From contig CAWCMR010000009.1 of NCBI GenBank assembly GCA_963796685.1, positions 360,924 to 424,923 of the forward strand: a stretch of 64,000 nucleotides of DNA, in the 5' to 3' direction. How positions within the stretch are numbered: the first letter of the stretch is position 1; the number at the start of each line of letters is the position of its first letter. Of this stretch, positions 60,262 to 64,000 are shown piece after piece. This DNA comes from an uncultured delta proteobacterium (GTDB lineage: Bacteria > Myxococcota_A > Polyangia > Fen-1088). Under the pieces are notes generated by a model. It searched no databases. It was not told where the DNA came from and saw only the letters and a list, made by a program, of their open reading frames with translations. Position numbers and translations under genes: made by a program.

Positions 60262-63200
60262 TGGCCACTGCTGGTAGTGGACATGGCGCCAACCCAGGCG
60301 CACCCGCGGGAGGCTCGTACAAGAGCCCCGAGCACGCGACGCTTGAGCGCTCGGCGCCCCAGCCTGCGACCACCTCGCCGGCGCCACCCAAGCCCCTGAT
60401 TGCGCCGACGGGCATCGTGCCCATCGACATGCTCGCCCACGTGCTCAATCGCGCCGCCGAGCCGTGGCAGGAGCTACCCCACCAGACGTCACTGGAGAAG
60501 GTTCAGACGGTCGTTCAGGGCGTGATCGGCCTGCTCAACATGGACGTGCTGGTCGACGCGTTCAATGCCGGGGTGGCGCTCGTCACGGCACCGCTCAACG
60601 CGATCTACCCGGCCCTGCCCGCGGCGACCCTGACTGCGCTGCACGTGGGCAGCCCGCACACGCACCCGCACCCGCCAAGCACCGTCCCGCCGGCACCGCC
60701 CATCCCCTTGCCCAGCATCGGCAACGTGATGGTCGGCGGGTGCGTGTCGGTGCTCATTGGCGGCCTGCCCGCGGCGCGCGCTGGCGACCTGGGCCTGGCC
60801 ATGACCTGCGTGTCGTTCTCGCCGCCGTTCGAAATCTACACGGGCTCCAGCAAAGTCTTCATCGGCGGGGCCCGTGCTGCCCGCATGGGGGATATCACCA
60901 AGCACTGCGGCGCCACCAGCCCTTCCGACTTCAGCATGATGGGGGCCGGCGTGAGCGCCATCATGGGCCTGCTCGGTGCTGCCACGGCACCCAACGCTCT
61001 CGCCGCCGGAATGGCAGCCGCACAAACCGCCGTCGACGTGGCCAAGAGCGCGGTCGCCGCTCTGATGGGCAAGGATCCCGGTGTTCCGCCCTGCATCGGC
61101 GCGATCATGATGGGCTCCCCCACCGTGCTCATCGGCGGCATTCCCTTGCCCCCGCTGGAAAATTTCGCCCGCGCCTTCTTCATGAAGCTGAACGCGCCCC
61201 TGGCCAAGGCGCTTCACAGCATCATCGGCAAGGCGCTGGGCAAGGGCCGCGCGGCCAACTTCTTCCACGAGCTGACCTGCCACTTCACCGGTCACCCCGT
61301 CGATGTGGCGTCGGGGCGCATGCTCACCTCGGAGGTCGAGCTGCGCCTGCCCGGCCCGATTCCCTTCGTGTGGAAACGCCAGTACGCCACCAGCTGGTCC
61401 GAGCGCAACGGCCGTTTGGGCTGGGGCTGGAGCCACAGCTACGACATGGCGGTGTGGGGCGAGACCGGCAAGATGGTGTACCAGGCCGAGGACGGCCGCG
61501 AGATCGAGTTCGACACCGACATCGAGCAGACCCCCGAGCCACGCGACCGCCGGCCGTGGCTGAAACCGAACGAGCGCTGGGATCGCTTCAACCACCTGAT
61601 CCTTCGCGAGCTGCGCGACGGCACCTGGGAGGTCGAAAGCGCCGACGGCCTGGTGCGTGTCTTCGCGCCATTGCAGAACGATCGCATCCGGCCCGGGCAG
61701 GCGCGCCTTCTCTCCATTCGCGACCGTTTCGACCACGTTCTCACCTTTGGCTATGACCCCGTCGGCAACCTGGCCACCCTCGTGGACAGCGTCGGCCGCA
61801 CCATCCGCGTCGAGAGCGACCAGGCCGGCCGGGTTGCACGTGTGCTGGTGCCCGCGCCAGATGCCGAGGCCTTCGTCGAATCCATCCGCTACGACTACTC
61901 GCCCGAGGGCGACCTGGTGACCGCCACCGATGTCCTTGGCCGCGCCATGCGCATGGCCTACGAGCGCCACCTCATGGTCAAGGAGACCAAGCGCAGCGGC
62001 CTCGCCTTCCACTTCGCCTACGAGGGCCGCGGCAACGACGCCCGCTGCGTCGCCACCTGGGGCGACGGCGGCATCTACAAGCGCAAGCTGATTTACGACA
62101 CCAACAACCACACCACCATCGTCACCGACTCGCGCGACGCCACCACCATCTACCAGATGAACGCCGACAACGCGGTGGTGTCCGTCACCGACGCTCTGGG
62201 CGCCGTCACCAAGTACGACTTCGACGACTGCTACAACAAGATCGCCGAAACCGACCCGCTCGACCGCACCACCAAGTGGGCCTTCGACGAGCGGGGCAAT
62301 TGCACCAAGATCGGCCACCCCGACGGCGCCGAGATTTCGCTGTCCTACGACGAACGCAATGCCGTCATCCGCGCCGTGGATCCCATCAAAGGCGAGTGGC
62401 GCTGGGACTACGACCGCAATGGCCGCCTGCTGGCCCGCAGGGATCCCCTGAATCGGGTCAGCCGCTTCGAGTGGAAATCCGAATCCGAGCTGATGGGGCA
62501 GACCGGACGGGTCAGCGCCAGCTTCAGTCTGGCCAAGCACATGGTCGGCTTCACCGACCCCGCTGGCGGGCAGACGGTGCTGGAATACGACAGGCAGGGC
62601 TTGCTGGTCGGGATGCGCATGCCGAACGGCGCGCAGACGCGCTGGCGTTACGATCGTCTCGGCCGCTGCGTCGAGGTCGTGGATGCCAAGGGCAACCGCG
62701 AGCGGCGCGAATTCGACCTGGCCGGCCACATCCTGCGCGTCGATGTCCCCGACGGCAATGTGCGCAAGCTGAGCTACGATGCCGAGGGCAACGTCGTGGC
62801 GGTCAAGGACCAGCACTACGACGTGAAGTTCTCCTACCAGGGCATGGGCCGCCTGGCCTCGCGCACGCAGGAAGGCACCACGGTCGCGTTCGAGTACGAC
62901 ATGGAAGAGTCGCTGGTCGCCATCCACAACGAGGCCGGCGCCGTGTACCGCTTCACCCTGGACAAGGCCGGCAACGTCAAGGAAGAGAGCGGCTTCGACG
63001 GACTCCTGCGCAAGTATGGCCGCGACAAGACCGGCAGAGTGCTGAAGGTCGAGCGCCCCGACGACCGTGCGACCGAGTATGAGTACGACGCCGGTGGTCG
63101 CGTGGTCGCGGTCAAGTACAGCGACGGAACCAGCGAGAGCTACGCCTATCGACCCGACGGTGGCTTGATCGAGTCAAGCAACGTCACCGCCACGGTGAAG

Positions 63201-64000
63201 TTCGAGCGCGATGCCCTGGGCCGCATCGTCAAAGAGGTGCAAGGCGCCGACAGCGTGGAGAGCGCGTTCGACCTGCTCGGCCTGCGCAGCCGCATGAAGA
63301 CCAGCAAGGGGCACGTGCTGCAAATCGAGCGCAACCTGGTCGGCGACGTGGTGGGCATGAAGGCCGGCGGCGGCCCGGTGGCGCCGAGTGGTGAGACTAC
63401 GGCACAAGCTCCCCTGCCCCCTTGGGAAGCCCGCTTCACCCGCGACCAGCTCGGCCTGGAGGTCGAGCGCACCTTACCCGGTGGGGTGCGCGCGCGCTGG
63501 GAGCGCGACAGCGTCGGCCGACCGCTCAAGCACGAGATTCTGGTCTGGCGGCACCGTGGTCTCGGCCCAGGCCTACACCTGGGAGCCCAACGATCGCCTC
63601 AAGATGATCGTCGACGCCTTGAAAGGCCCCGTGCAATACCGCCACGACGGCCTGGGCAACTTGATCGGAGCCGCCTACGCCGACGACAAGTTCGACCTGC
63701 GCATGCCCGACGCCGTCGGCAACCTGTTCAAAACTGTCAACAAAAAGGATCGCAAGTACGGTCCCGCCGGCCAGCTCCTCGAATCGAAGGGCTCTGGCGG
63801 CATCACGAAATACGAATACGACCCCGAAGGCAACCTGGCCAAGAAGCTCCTGCCCGACGGCAAGGCGTGGACCTACGCCTGGAACGGCGCCGGCATGCTG
63901 GCCAAGGTCGTCCGCCCCGACGGCAAGACCGTCGAATTCGGCTACGACGCCCTCGGCCGCCGCGTCTGGAAGAAATATGGCACCAAGACCACCAAGTGGA
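60261..64000 (+). CDS. rhs: PAAR-DUF6531-RHS/YD-repeat polymorphic toxin; runs off the right edge; apparent +1 frameshift at about 63538
   Basis: Absent from the ORF track because no stop is reached. GTG 60261 with AAGGAG RBS; VLIGGLPAARAGD, KVFIGGARAARMGD, GHPVDVASG..RQY..GWGWSHSYD, many YD repeats. Confidence 0.93.
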   Translation, partial: MATAGSGHGANPGAPAGGSYKSPEHATLERSAPQPATTSPAPPKPLIAPTGIVPIDMLAHVLNRAAEPWQELPHQTSLEKVQTVVQGVIGLLNMDVLVDAFNAGVALVTAPLNAIYPALPAATLTALHVGSPHTHPHPPSTVPPAPPIPLPSIGNVMVGGCVSVLIGGLPAARAGDLGLAMTCVSFSPPFEIYTGSSKVFIGGARAARMGDITKHCGATSPSDFSMMGAGVSAIMGLLGAATAPNALAAGMAAAQTAVDVAKSAVAALMGKDPGVPPCIGAIMMGSPTVLIGGIPLPPLENFARAFFMKLNAPLAKALHSIIGKALGKGRAANFFHELTCHFTGHPVDVASGRMLTSEVELRLPGPIPFVWKRQYATSWSERNGRLGWGWSHSYDMAVWGETGKMVYQAEDGREIEFDTDIEQTPEPRDRRPWLKPNERWDRFNHLILRELRDGTWEVESADGLVRVFAPLQNDRIRPGQARLLSIRDRFDHVLTFGYDPVGNLATLVDSVGRTIRVESDQAGRVARVLVPAPDAEAFVESIRYDYSPEGDLVTATDVLGRAMRMAYERHLMVKETKRSGLAFHFAYEGRGNDARCVATWGDGGIYKRKLIYDTNNHTTIVTDSRDATTIYQMNADNAVVSVTDALGAVTKYDFDDCYNKIAETDPLDRTTKWAFDERGNCTKIGHPDGAEISLSYDERNAVIRAVDPIKGEWRWDYDRNGRLLARRDPLNRVSRFEWKSESELMGQTGRVSASFSLAKHMVGFTDPAGGQTVLEYDRQGLLVGMRMPNGAQTRWRYDRLGRCVEVVDAKGNRERREFDLAGHILRVDVPDGNVRKLSYDAEGNVVAVKDQHYDVKFSYQGMGRLASRTQEGTTVAFEYDMEESLVAIHNEAGAVYRFTLDKAGNVKEESGFDGLLRKYGRDKTGRVLKVERPDDRATEYEYDAGGRVVAVKYSDGTSESYAYRPDGGLIESSNVTATVKFERDALGRIVKEVQGADSVESAFDLLGLRSRMKTSKGHVLQIERNLVGDVVGMKAGGGPVAPSGETTAQAPLPPWEARFTRDQLGLEVERTLPGGVRARWERDSVGRPLKHEILVWRHRGLGPGLHLGAQRSPQDDRRRLERPRAIPPRRPGQLDRSRLRRRQVRPAHARRRRQPVQNCQQKGSQVRSRRPAPRIEGLWRHHEIRIRPRRQPGQEAPARRQGVDLRLERRRHAGQGRPPRRQDRRIRLRRPRPPRLEEIWHQDHQV

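Noticed and set aside
60489-62927. 812-aa minus-strand ORF
   Set aside because: Antisense shadow of the Rhs gene, which the track omits because it reaches no stop.

Overview
GC-rich bacterial window, most consistent with a Myxococcota/Polyangia-like genome (inferred from the Gly-rich lipoproteins, MshEN-domain proteins, fibro-slime protein and sigma54 signalling). From left to right it carries: (1) a non-canonical cyanophycin locus (short CphA-like ligase, cyanophycinase, associated ABC transporter running off the left edge); (2) a GlcG/HbpS haem protein, an MshEN+GAF-like protein, cydAB, a solo AAA ATPase and a beta-lactamase remnant; (3) a sigma54 signalling cluster (two hybrid kinases, an NtrC-type activator, a pseudo-kinase, a small protein, two good sigma54 promoters); (4) mixed housekeeping genes (PhaR-like, hemolysin III, PAS hybrid kinase, REC-EAL, ABC-2 exporter, prfC, GH16, amtB, dgt, fibro-slime, MATE) and a 163-bp CTAG-bounded palindromic element; (5) a tightly coupled 9-gene operon joining a molybdate-type regulator and modABC to a PstS-like lipoprotein, a porin, a TonB-dependent receptor and two more lipoproteins; (6) a T6SS auxiliary island (vgrG pseudogene, ISL3, L,D-transpeptidase-like effector with a putative immunity gene, intact vgrG, TPR protein, PAAR-Rhs running off the right edge). 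At least seven single-base frameshifts look like assembly errors. No rRNA, tRNA or CRISPR array was seen. All family assignments come from motif recognition by eye, not from database searches.
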